From Hydrolagus colliei (Eukaryota): 64,000 nucleotides of DNA. Location: assembly GCA_035084275.1 (NCBI GenBank), contig CM068748.1:9114001-9178000 (forward strand), in the 5' to 3' direction. The number at the start of each line of letters is the position of its first letter. Position 1 is the stretch's first letter. The notes below the pieces were generated by a model, which saw only the letters and a program-made list of their open reading frames with translations, did not search any database and was not told the origin of the DNA. This document shows positions 1 through 12,400 of this stretch, in pieces. The position numbers were made by a program, and so were the translations under genes.

Positions 1-389
1 ATTTTGCATTGTCTTTCTGAACATTCACAGATTAACAAGAGAGTAAATAATAATGTGTTTTTTTTAATGAGGTTGAAGTTGATTTAACTTTTTTTGATAA
101 CACATCAAATTTTGCTCAAAGCACATTCCACATGTGCTCAATGAACTAATCAAATGGTAAAAGACCCTGTGAATATTAGAATGATAGCAAATTAAACCTG
201 TAATACTGTTCGAATATCTAACACAATCAGCATGCAAGGCAATACAGCACATTTTGAAAGAACAGCCAACATTTTCTTCCAGATAATAGTTAGGTCTCAG
301 CCAGCAATATTTGAGTTTGTACTCTAAAGTGTGCAACAAAATACTTTCATTTGTAGAACAAGCATGTGGCAATAATGTTTTGTACTCAC

Positions 390-492
390 CGGTTCCTTTG
401 CGGTTGCTATTAGTTCTTCAATCATGATGCTATCTCTTGCATAAGGACTTCTGTTCAGCGAGTATGACCTATCCGAACTGAAGGAGCGGAGG
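390..492 (-). CDS. ANK3: ANK3 exon (103 nt) (S)[34 protein letters not shown]
   Basis: caacag|C CTC...CCG|gtgagt; phase 2/0. Confidence 0.93.
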
Positions 493-3400
493 CTGTTGTG
501 TTTACAAGTTACCATTCAGGGGGGTGGATGATAATGAGATGGGCAGAGGGAAAAAGAACTCATTAATGCATGCAACTTCCAGGGGGGTCATGAAAGGAAA
601 CCGACCAAAAGCACCCAAAAGAAACAAAACACAGCAAAGAATAGAAGAAATTCTGGACAGCGAGAGAAAACTTTGAAACAGATTAAATGCATTGAATTTG
701 TTTTGGTTTTCCTTTCACAGAAACTAGCTCACGTTACTAAACGAAGAAGCTCTGTAGGCCCCCAGATTTTACACTGTATGATTACTACTTTATATAAGCT
801 TTCAAAATGTCCACAGTAGGATTCTTAAGTTTTTATTTACCCTTTCAACATAGGCAGAAACATAGATCTGAATTAAACAGCATTTGAGACAGCATCAGCA
901 AACACTAATTTCACTGTCCAAGTAATAATATTTCGTAACTATGTGACACATTATTTGAATACTAAAATTTAATATCAGTGTTTAACAGTGAAAAGCACCA
1001 ACAAAAAATAATTACCCAATACATGAAATTAAATCTGGATCTAGGCGTTTTTGCACGAATCACTTTGGCTACTTGGAAAGGTTAAATTTAACATGCTAAA
1101 TGTAACACAGAAATTGATTCAGTCCACTACCTAACATGAGGACCATGCAGGGACACGGAACATACATTGCAGCCTTAATAGATGTGCATAATGTTGTACT
1201 TAGAATAGAAACAAGCTAAGCCACAAATTGAAAAGATTGGCATCTATTGGTTCATATTAAACTCAGCAGTATTGTTTCACAAAATGATAAGAGCTGAAAG
1301 TTGAACAATAATTAGTTTGGCTCATATGCTTCCTTATGATATTGTTTTCAGGTTTTAGAATTTAAGGCATTAAATACTGAACTGTTAAAACATAGATATA
1401 CAACAGTCTTGCAAAGACAAACGGCAAAGATTAAGAATTTAAACCATTATTCTTTGCAAAATAATGGCAAGGTATGAAAAAATATCTGTGTTTGAACAGT
1501 AATGTGACTTAGCAACATTAATTAGTAGATTCATTGATCTTCTAATATTTTGATACTTAAATCTCAGCTTTCGGAAGAAAACGATAGTCTTCAAACTTTG
1601 GATACTGCCATTTGTCAACAACAACTTGCATTTATATAACAATGCAAGATGCTGCCCCACACAAAAGGCACTATATAAATGCAAGTTACAGTTGTTATTT
1701 GTGAATACCTAGATGTTGGTAGAAGTGTCTGCTGCAGAAAAGCTCAATTCTGGTTTGTGAGCAAGAACAGCTCGATATAGATGCAAATCATTTCTCATAT
1801 ATCTTTTTTGCAATGTTCCATTCATGCTTTTCTTCACTGTGATGAATTGCACATAAATTACATGCTGCATTACATGCCTCAAAGAGAAACTTACACTAAA
1901 CGTGCTGAACAAGGTCCCCAAAAAGTGTTGCTATAGTTTCAAACAACAGCACTGGCTGGCAGAATTTCAATCGCATTTCTTTGTTTGGACAGTAATAACT
2001 GTTTGAGGGCACAAAACAATGCTGCGAACTGAAAAGCAGACTCCTAGGTTTATTTTAAGTGGCGACAATATACAGTGTAAAATAAGAGCATTGACCAAAG
2101 CGGGGTTTCAGATACTTCAAAGCCCTAAAATTGTACCTACAAATGGTTAACACAGCTTTGGGAAGCTGTCACTGCACGTGTTTCCAAGTACAGTACATCC
2201 CGTATTGTGACAGGTTAACTAACCAATATGAAAGGCACCACTGTATTTTCTTCCAATTAAATCAATTTAAAATGAAACAATTTGCCAAATCTTTTATGTC
2301 AAATTACAAAATAAAAATACACAGGTACTTATTGCAGCCTCCTGAATCATCAAAGTTCCCCTGGAAGATACAAGCAATCAAACTTAAAACCAAGGCTAAA
2401 TACTAACTGGGATGCAGGAGCAATGGCAAACCAAAATGCAAAGTAGAGGGAATAGCAGATTCTCTATTAACTCTTGCTCAACAGGGACTCCAAAGAGTCA
2501 GCAAAAAAAATGAATAGCACTTTGAGGATTTATATCCTTGCCAGCAAAAGACTACAAGCTACAGTATTGACATTGTAGGTTTACAGTTTGTTATATACCA
2601 TGGAACCTTTTTTTAAAACAAAGGTTTTCCAAATAACATGCCAGTTTTCATGCAAACATTTACAAATGTTTTTCAATACCACATAAGTGTCTGCAAATGT
2701 TCAAATCACTTAAACATTTGGAACATAATTGACATTGAATCATCTTCAAGCAAACCCAAACTGAGCTTCAACTTTTTTTTCCCTAGACAATTTTAGATGT
2801 TCAATACTGCCTATGTAGCCTTCAAAATGTACATTCCCATTTTTTCAACAGCACTCCGACTTAGTTTTATTATCTTATACTAGAACAGAGTCCCAAGGTG
2901 TCTTATAATAACTTATATTCCCCACATGAAAGGCAATCTATAAATGTAATTTTGTTTGTTTCTGTTTGTTCAGTTAGTGATAAAAGAGTAGAGTGCATTT
3001 TGAAATGTCCTTTCATTTCACAATTCAAAACCTTTGGCTTCTTGTTATCCCTGAAACCCAGGCTGATGGGTTTTAGGGACAACAAGATGATCTTATTCTC
3101 AATATATGTTAAAGAGTCCAATCCAACACAACATCGATTTTTTGATTCGCTGAAGTAGACTGAGGAATGTACAGCAAAATGAATCCAAGACAACAATGGT
3201 ATATAGTCTTTATGTTAGGGACTCTTCTCATTTGTGCAACTGGACTGTGCAGATCTTCAGTTAGTTTTGGGCTTCGCTCTGTTCTTGCTTATTGCTGTGG
3301 AAATGATGGGCAGTTCAGAAACGGTAATCTATGGAATTGTCAGGAATTTATTAAACAAGTGTCTGCTAAATTTAGTGGACTCCCTATCTATGTAGGCCGT

Positions 3401-6400
3401 TTCACATTAACAATCCATCTTTCTATCATCATGTTTTAAAAATCCTTGCCTCTTTTTTGTTAGAATTGGATCCTCCTCACTTGAGCAGATATTGCCTAGA
3501 GTCAATGCGTGTCTCAAGTCAGACTAGAAGTAGTTTTACCATTTATTCAGTGACAGAGACCTCCAATTATGTTAATTATAATGAAGACGTTCCTGGCAAA
3601 GGCCTGCTACAACATTGAATACTAAGTTATTTAATAGAACAGTTGTCATTGTTTAATAAATGTCTTTCAATTAATTCTGACATTTGTAATTAAAGTGTAA
3701 GATCATCATGCAAAGGGAAAGCTGCAGGGGCCTAAAACAGAGGTATCCAACATGACAGTGGGTAAATAGAGTTCACTATAATTTTCAGGTTAGACATTGT
3801 CTTAAAAAAATGTTTTGTAATTGTAACCCCATCTTTACACCAGCTCCAACATTCATCGCTGAACTAGACGCTTCAGATTCTTTTGTAATTTTGGAAAACA
3901 TACTTTCCCATTCAAAAGTGTTGAGCTAGTAAACATTATCGACACTTTTGAAAATGAACTCTAACAGCCCCTTCTGTAATTCAGCACATTTTTACTGATG
4001 TTCTAGCTTGGGGCCTGTACTCACTACATCAAAACATTATGAAGGACAAACATGAGTATTTGACTTCCTTTACAAACCGGTCACAAACAATGCAATACAA
4101 CACCATCACCAAAATAAATAATTTCCAGGGGTGTTACTAACTGCAAATAACAGTGATCTACACACACAACACAACCACCAACTGGAACAGAAATATTAAT
4201 GGACGACCCAAAAAAAAGTAAAAACTTTGTGCTATCTTACCTGATTTTAGGACTTTTTAAACAAATTGTGGAAAAAAGGAACAGGAGAAAATAGAAGTGA
4301 TTAAAGGGTGAGAAGGAGCAGAAACAAGCAATAAACAGTGCTGTGGTCCACCTTTATGGTTTCCTTTCACACAAGCATTTTTTTTTGCTGATTTTATATT
4401 TAATTTTTAACTCAAGAGAGGCAATGCTAAATTAATTTATTATAACACCAAACATCCTAGTCCACTGAAACTGATTCTACAATAAACTTTTTTTTACTAA
4501 CTCAGAGAAAACAACTATTCACCTACACAAATTGAAACATTTATACAGCATAGCATTTTAAAATCCAAACAATTTTGTTCAAGCAAAAGCAAATGTTTCT
4601 AACAAATTATAAATAATGGAAAAATGGGAATAAAATATTTATGATTGGTGCAGGTATTGACTGTATGTACTAAGTAAGAGGTCAGGATGTCATCTTAAAG
4701 AAGCCTGTTGAAGGTTCAGCAACCTTAAGTCTTCTCTGATAAGGTGTTCCAATTATTTACAATACTATAATTCCCATCTCATTTAGTGGGAGGTGGAATG
4801 CTGCTGAAATGTACACTCACAGGAGTTAGCCCATGGCTAGTGTTTCCTGGTACAACAAGAATATATGTAACACAGTAAAACTTAAATAATCAACAGCAAG
4901 CTTCTGTTGAAATGAGTGGGAAAATAAATATTAGGAAAAACATGCTGATAGCACAAACTCATTGCCATGATATTCAGATGGCATTCTATGTCTTGGGAAT
5001 TTTAATAACATTGTTAGTCAACTTTATACAGAATCTCACGATGAGGATATCACACTTGAAAGTTTCCACCACACTGCCTTTTTAGTCAGGGCTGTTTTGT
5101 ATGGAAAATGAATGAATGAATATAGCTAAAGCAGGCATGTCATTAAACCAAAGGATGGGGGCAACAATTCTGTTAAGCATTCGGCACAGTGCATTCGCTA
5201 ACACACGATTATAATGGGTAATCCCATTAGAGGCCAATATTGCCAAAGGCGTTGTACATAATGTTCAATAAATGTTCTACTCAAGAGTGTTTTATTTTGT
5301 ACACGCTTAAACCCCAGCTAGCCAGACTAATGGGTTGGGGAGTGGATGTGGGGGTGGTGGGAGATCCAGTCTGGTGAGCCAAAATTTCTGCCTAAGCGTG
5401 ATTACAATACAAGTACTGACATTTTTGAAAAAATGCCAGTGAATGTCGGTATCAACATTGTAATTGTTTAAATCCCGCAAGTAGAAGACAGTGAATAAGC
5501 TATTTGCTGCTGGCTGGATTCAAATATTTCTTTTCTCGAGTGAAAGCGGATATTTCTGGACCCTGTGAGGACCGGCAGGGACATAGAGGTTGCTGACTGC
5601 TGGTGCGCACCAGGAGAGTTCGGAGTCTAGAGCCGTTGGGAATATTTAAACAAATCTCAGTGTCGGGTTCAGTCCGGGTAGGTTGGAAATTCCCGATTCC
5701 TGGAGTCCGGTAAAACAGAGGTTTACTGTCTATATACACACATTTGCTGCCTGCATAACTGCTTGTAATCTGATACTTTTAAAGTTTGAGGTCAGCAACT
5801 TCAAATACATTAAGAGTGAACAGGGACACACAACTCACATTTTTATGTAATTCAGTAACATTTTAAGAACTTCGTAGTGCAGCAGGATTTTTCCTCTCGT
5901 TTAAACCAGTGGCTTTGCTTTGTCATAAGTGTCCTTCAGTTTATCAAAAGCAGTACAACATCTACAACAGATCATTAAAACTAAAGGAAACATTCCCGAG
6001 GGCACCCATTTCATCAGATTGATTACCAGCTCATGCTGCATGTCTGTTGTCCAAAACAAAAGGCACTAAATATCAGAATGTCTCTCACAGATATTTTAAA
6101 TAGAAAATGCAGAAATGTAACAGAAAGTTAAATCAGCCTTTCGAACTTAGAGCAAGCCATGAAAAACATAAACAACAGCCCTTGTACAAATGGTGGAAAG
6201 TGATCAGATACATTTTAGTTTATCAAATATCATTTTATGCTCATTGGATATGCTGAAGGAAGGATTAGGGCTCTGAAAATGCTTTGCCTTTAGAAAGCTT
6301 GTTAAAATAGATATTCTGTGACTTTGCTTTGTGTATATGTCCAAGTAGCTGGTCCTTTTTGACATTATGAAAGGTTGTAAGTAGCATTAGTACATTGGAC

Positions 6401-9400
6401 AACTGAGTAATAAGGAGATGATTACTAAGGCCACATGCTCAGTTGGACATCAGCTACTATTTGAGGCACAGGGGGACCCAGTATGGATGTGGGAGAAGCT
6501 TTGAACAGAACGAAATTGCATGAAGTACAATATAACAATAACTGTTGCACTTATCACATTGTGTCAAAATGTCTCAAGAATTTTATTATAAAGTGAAGTG
6601 ACTGTTGTGTATTTGTAAGCAAAAGTGGCAACCACTTTGTCCACAACAATGTCCCACAAAGCGTCTCATGAAGTGAATGATCAATTCTATATTGGGGGAT
6701 TATTGGCCAGACCAATGGGAGAAACTCCCTTCTCTTTTCAAAAAGATGAGATCTTAATGTTCACCTGAACAGGCAGACAACACCTTGAATTAATATCTCA
6801 TCGGAAGATCACCTCCAACATGCAAAACCTCCCTCCCGGCACTGCATTGAAGTGTTCGCCTAGTCTATCAACTCAAAGTCCGAACATGGAGCTTGAAACT
6901 GCGACTACGTGATTCAGCAGCAAGAAAGCTACCAACTGAGCTAGGCTGACATAATGCAACACCGGTGCCAGTTCTTTTCTTGTTTAGAAGGGATCATATC
7001 TACAGTATTTCTATAGTTTTAAGCCAGAATAATTTGGGTGTGAGTCTATACAGTATTAAAGAAAAGCCATCTATGACCTCAGCCAGGGAGGCACAAAGAG
7101 TGCTATAATTTGCCTGAGTTTCCCTTGGGCGAGAGAAGTGACAAATCAGGCTAGGCTCCAAATCCTGATGGCTAACCAAGTACGAAGGGATGGGGGAGCA
7201 CAGAATTGGGCTCGTTCTAAAGCTCCCTGCAACTAACCAACAGCCTGCAAAAGCTCACCATCATAACTGACATGCTTAAATGGTTATTTAAGAAATTGTG
7301 CACATAATCCTTAAACTGTACCCCCAACAGTAGGCAAATTAATCATACATCTTCAAAGGGAAGAGAAAATTGTCGAGAGAAAAAAAATGTTTCTTTAAAA
7401 CCACATCCTGTCTGTTTCGATTTTATTAAATAAGTTTAATGTGGCTGATATTTACATTTCTAGAATTCAACTGTGCAGCCTTTTACAATAGCTTTACCTT
7501 CCATAACAGAAATGTGTAAAGAATTATACCCCTGGACAGTGTTTAAAGTTTGTTTCAACTAACGCTCAAAGCTGAAAATATTGTTTTGTCATTGTTTTGC
7601 TGAAAATGCTTTAGTTTTAAATTAACAACAACACAAAACAAATGATAAAATTTTGAAAAGTGCCTTTCACATCGGGAAGACTTTCCAAGCAAGGTGCTGA
7701 GCATACAGTGCAGAGAAGTAGGAGGATGGCTAAACACACAGATGAAAAGGTGAGTGTTGAGTCGAGCCTTGAAGGAGCCAAAGGAGGGAGCAAGGCAAAT
7801 ACTGTGATTGTGGGATGGAGCTCCAAAGGGTGGGGACAGAGACGCTAAAAATCCAGCCGCTGATGACAGGTCGGGTTGGGTGGGACACATGTAGCAGACC
7901 AAAGTCTTCTGAATTGAAGGAATGGACAGATTGATACAAGTTACCATGACAGAGAGGTAGGAAGGGGGAAGGCCATGGAGGGCCTTGAAAGCAAGGACAA
8001 GGATTTTGAATTCTATCCTCTGAGAGATTAAGTACACTAATGCACAGGAAAATCGGTATCCTTTAAAAAAGTATGTAGATTTAACCATTATCAAAACTCT
8101 TGGTTTTCAAAACGCATCTAATGTAGCTACATTTGCTTCACATATTTAGCTTGTGTGTCAGTGTGTCTTAGATGTAGAACTCTCACCTCTGAGTCCCTCA
8201 GCTTCACCCCCTCCCTTGCCTTCTTCCAAATCTGTCTCAAGTCCCTCTTCTTCAACAGCGCTTTCAGTCACCCTCCCTCCCACCACCTTCCCCAACGCCC
8301 AGCTTGGGTGCAAAGTACTGATTGTCCAGTGCCTTGGGACGTCCTCCCAACGTGAAAGGCTCTATAAATTTTTTAATTTGTCATTGTTGTCAGATGGTTG
8401 TGGGTTCAAGCTTCGCTTTGGGATTTTGAACAGTCTTGGCTGACATTCCAATGCCACACTGGGGTGTGCTACATTGTAGAGATGCTGTTCTTCACGTGAG
8501 CATTCTAGTCTCGTCAGTCTGTTCAAGTGGATATTAAAAGAGTTTCTTCCAGTTGTTCTGGACAACAATTCCCCAAACTAAATTGGTCATTCACTTCATG
8601 GTTGTTTGTGTGACATTGTGGTTTGTATATCGGTTACCACATTCATCTACAAAATATTTACTTCACTTTACCGTAAATCCCGGAAAGCCCTTTGAGACAT
8701 CATCCTGACATGAAAGCTTTATATCAAATGTGAGGATTATTATTTGGGGAATTATGGAATGGAAACAATTTGTAATGTTACAAACCTAGAAACTCTGTTC
8801 TCAAAGCATAAATGGTTTTCTTTAAACATCATTTAAATTGGTTTCTTAAGCAGCGTTTTTTTTCTCAATGAAAAGTAATTTATTGAAATATTTATTGAAA
8901 CCACATACTTATTGTAAACTACATTACCTTGCAGATCGAGCTCCAAGGCTGAAACCCATGTAACTCATGTTTCCTTCCATCGGTAATGAATCATCTCCTA
9001 ATTCTTTCAGATCCTGAGGTCCCAGATACTTATCTGTGTCCCCTGTCATTGCATCATCACCTGTGAGCAACCAACAACAACGAAATTACACTTGCATAGT
9101 GCCTTCCACGTCAGGAGGACGTCCCAAGGCGCTGGGAAACCCGACACAAAAACCCGTCAGCCAACAAATATTGATTTTCACCCAATTTGTTTTGTATCAT
9201 TATCCAGATTTCTCTCCCCCACCCCCACCCCCAGGGGTGACTGAAACACCAGTGCACAATTAAAATGGAATCAACATGCAACTTGGAAACAAAGCATGTT
9301 AGTAGATTGCAAACGGGTTCACATTTACTTTGCCATGTCTTTTAAAACCCAACCCCTAAACCCCCCCCCCCCCTCTCCCCCCACCAACCCCACACTGTGC

Positions 9401-12400
9401 AGAAACAATGTGACAATGTTTGTAAACTCCCAATATGATCCAACAGAACCTGAAGCAAGAATGAACAGACAGTCAAAAAGGACCTCTACACATATGGGAG
9501 GAGAGAGGAACCAAAAACGTCCAAACACAAAAACAAGTTTGACCTCACATCCCGAACAATTACCTGCTGCGTGTATATGTTCATTGTGTTTCTCAGACAG
9601 AATTATGTAAATCAGTTCATTGAGAAGCTGTGACTATTTTGTAGAGCGCTGAAAGACACCCTCCCTTAACTTTCATACTGGCCCCAGACCCCATTCGTCT
9701 GAGAGAAACATTCAAGACAGCACAAAGAACCAGAGGCAAAGAACCAAAGAGTCAGAGAGAATGAAACGAGGGATACTACTAATACAAGATGTGAACAGTG
9801 CTATATCAAATGCAATGATTATTAGTATTATACACTGGGGAACAAAATAACTCCTACATTGAGGAGAACTGCAGAGAGAGAGAGAGAGAGAGAGGTGGGA
9901 GAACCACACATAGAGAGAAACACACAGAGATAGGGTGAAACACACACACACACACACAGAGGAAACAGAGAGAAAAGAGGGGAGAATCGCACACAGAGAC
10001 TGGGGAAGAAACAGAGAGAAGAACACACAGAGGAAACAAATCACACACTGCAAATAACTCACACCCACATAAACTCACAGAAAAGGGANNNNNNNNNNNN
10101 NNNNNNNNNNNNNNNNNNNNNNNNNNNNNNNNNNNNNNNNNNNNNNNNNNNNNNNNNNNNNNNNNNNNNNNNNNNNNNNNNNNNNNNNNNNNNNNNNNNN
10201 NNNNNNNNNNNNNNNNNNNGGGAGGAGAAACACACTCTCTTCTAACTACTGGGCATTTTACGCAGGCAAAACTTTAAAGAGACGAATCACCTCTCACACA
10301 CACACACAGAGAGAGACAGACACACACACACACACACAGAGAGAGGAGACAAGTGAGTCTATGGGATAGGAAGGCTTACACTCTTGGGAAGCCATCTGCT
10401 GCACCTTTTCCAGAGGTTGGTGGTTGGGTGGGTTTGGTGGGGAGGGAGAAAGCAACTCTTCCGGTGTTCCCAGGAACTCCCACTGCCTCCCCTTGTCCAG
10501 AGGAATGGCTGAGCTGTCTCTTCTTGACCAAGAATCGAGCCCACAAAGCCCTGATCTCAGAGCTCTCTCTCTCTCTCTCTCCCCCTCCCTCCCACACTCA
10601 GTATCTCTCACCGACAGCCCCCGCCCTGCGCTGGGACAGACAGTCTGCCCTCTGGGGTTAAAACTACTACAGTATTTTACACAGATAAACTCCCCCTCTC
10701 CCCACTCACTAAAGTCGCTGTCAGCCCGGCCACGCTGTTAGTTCACTGGGTTACAGAGTGAACACACAATCCTGCAGTGAATAAACACAGGGATCACACA
10801 GACTGTTTTGGCAGATTGGGAATGGATTGTGTGGCTGGCGGCTGTGACCTGGTGTCAANNNNNNNNNNNNNNNNNNNNNNNNNNNNNNNNNNNNNNNNNN
10901 NNNNNNNNNNNNNNNNNNNNNNNNNNNNNNNNNNNNNNNNNNNNNNNNNNNNNNNNNNNNNNNNNNNNNNNNNNNNNNNNNNNNNNNNNNNNNNNNNNNN
11001 NNNNNNNNNNNNNNNNNNNNNNNNNNNNNNNNNNNNNNNNNNNNNNNNNNNNNNNNNNNNNNNNNNNNNNNNNNNNNNNNNNNNNNNNNNNNNNNNNNNN
11101 NNNNNNNNNNNNNNNNNNNNNNNNNNNNNNNNNAGACACAACAGTCACACACACACACACACACAGAGAGATAGACACACAGACACAGGCTCTGTGAAGT
11201 AACTCACAACGTTGACTCAACAAACTCCCCAAATCCCACCACAAATCCCATGACCAACCAACCCCCCCCCCCCCCATCATCGTTGCCAGGAATGTTGCGA
11301 GGAATACACTGCAAAGGGCTTTGCGAGGGATGTGAGTGAAGCCCGCAATTCGTACAGATTTTACCAAACGAAACACAAACTCTCTGCCTCTGTGTGTGTG
11401 TGTGTTTGTGTCTATCAGACAGACAGACAGACAGAGAGAGAGAGATTCCAGCCTCTCTCTCTAACGAAGTTGCTTTGTGTTCATTCATACACACGGTGCT
11501 GCTGTCTGTGTGTGTGTCTGTGTGTGTATATAGTGAGGAGCCTAAACCGAGCGGCTGTAACCAGCCACACACTGGCACTGAAAACCGTGCTAATCACATT
11601 ACCATTATAATCCTCAACAGATGCAGCTCAATCCCAAGAGACTGGCCTCGGCTACAAATTCGAACATAAGCATTTTCTAAACATTGGGAAATCGTGATAG
11701 AATTCAGAAACACACTGAATACATTATTTTGTCCACCCCCCCCCCCATTAAAGTAAAGTAAGGTAACTATCTACAGTGTATATATATATATATATATACA
11801 TAAGAGATACCCCAGCTTGGTGTTAAGACCTTCGCAGATTGGATGTTTGGGCAATACACTGATCCTCTTATAAGAGATTGGTTTAACATTGGCTTCAAGG
11901 GGGTGGATGGACTTTAAAACTGCACGGAATCAGTTTTCTGGTTAACAAAAATACAGCTCACAAGTGCAAGTAACGAATCAACTTTCAGCAGTGCTGTGAG
12001 TGATGTGAGTTGGAATCCAGGATTGCACATGACGATAGAGTCTGCTAGTTTACAGTAGAAATGGAAGACATTTGGACCAACCTCTTTGAAGCAGAGTTGC
12101 AAACCTCATTATACACATTGATCAATTCCAAAAATGTGCATCGTTAGATTTCTTTTTTTCCTCCCAAAGTTTGAGTCGAGTCTGCGAACACCGCTAAAGC
12201 TTTCCATAAATTTAAACAATAATGTGGAAGTGATGGAGTTGGGAGAGATTGGTTCACATTTTCCTGTTGATACCGCTTTGAACACCTGGGTTTCAAAAGG
12301 ACAGCCTTAGCTCCCTTGGATTCTTTTCGGTCGACCATTTATGACTTATCCAATACTTCTGTTCCCCCTCACCCGCCTCAAGTATGATCTCCAAAGCTGG

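Larger units (their letters stand above)
9870..11530. repeat. Cluster of (GA)n/(CA)n microsatellites around two N gaps (10089-10219, 10859-11133)
   Basis: Directly visible. Confidence 0.9.

Noticed and set aside
7555-8094. 179-aa ORF as a host gene
   Set aside because: Degenerate L2 retrotransposon fragment
9564-9648. Possible 85-nt cassette exon (tttcag|...CAG|gtaatt)
   Set aside because: Not a multiple of 3, has a stop in the phase-1 frame, and shows no ankyrin similarity
10751-11376. ORFs spanning N runs
   Set aside because: Open only because of the assembly gap
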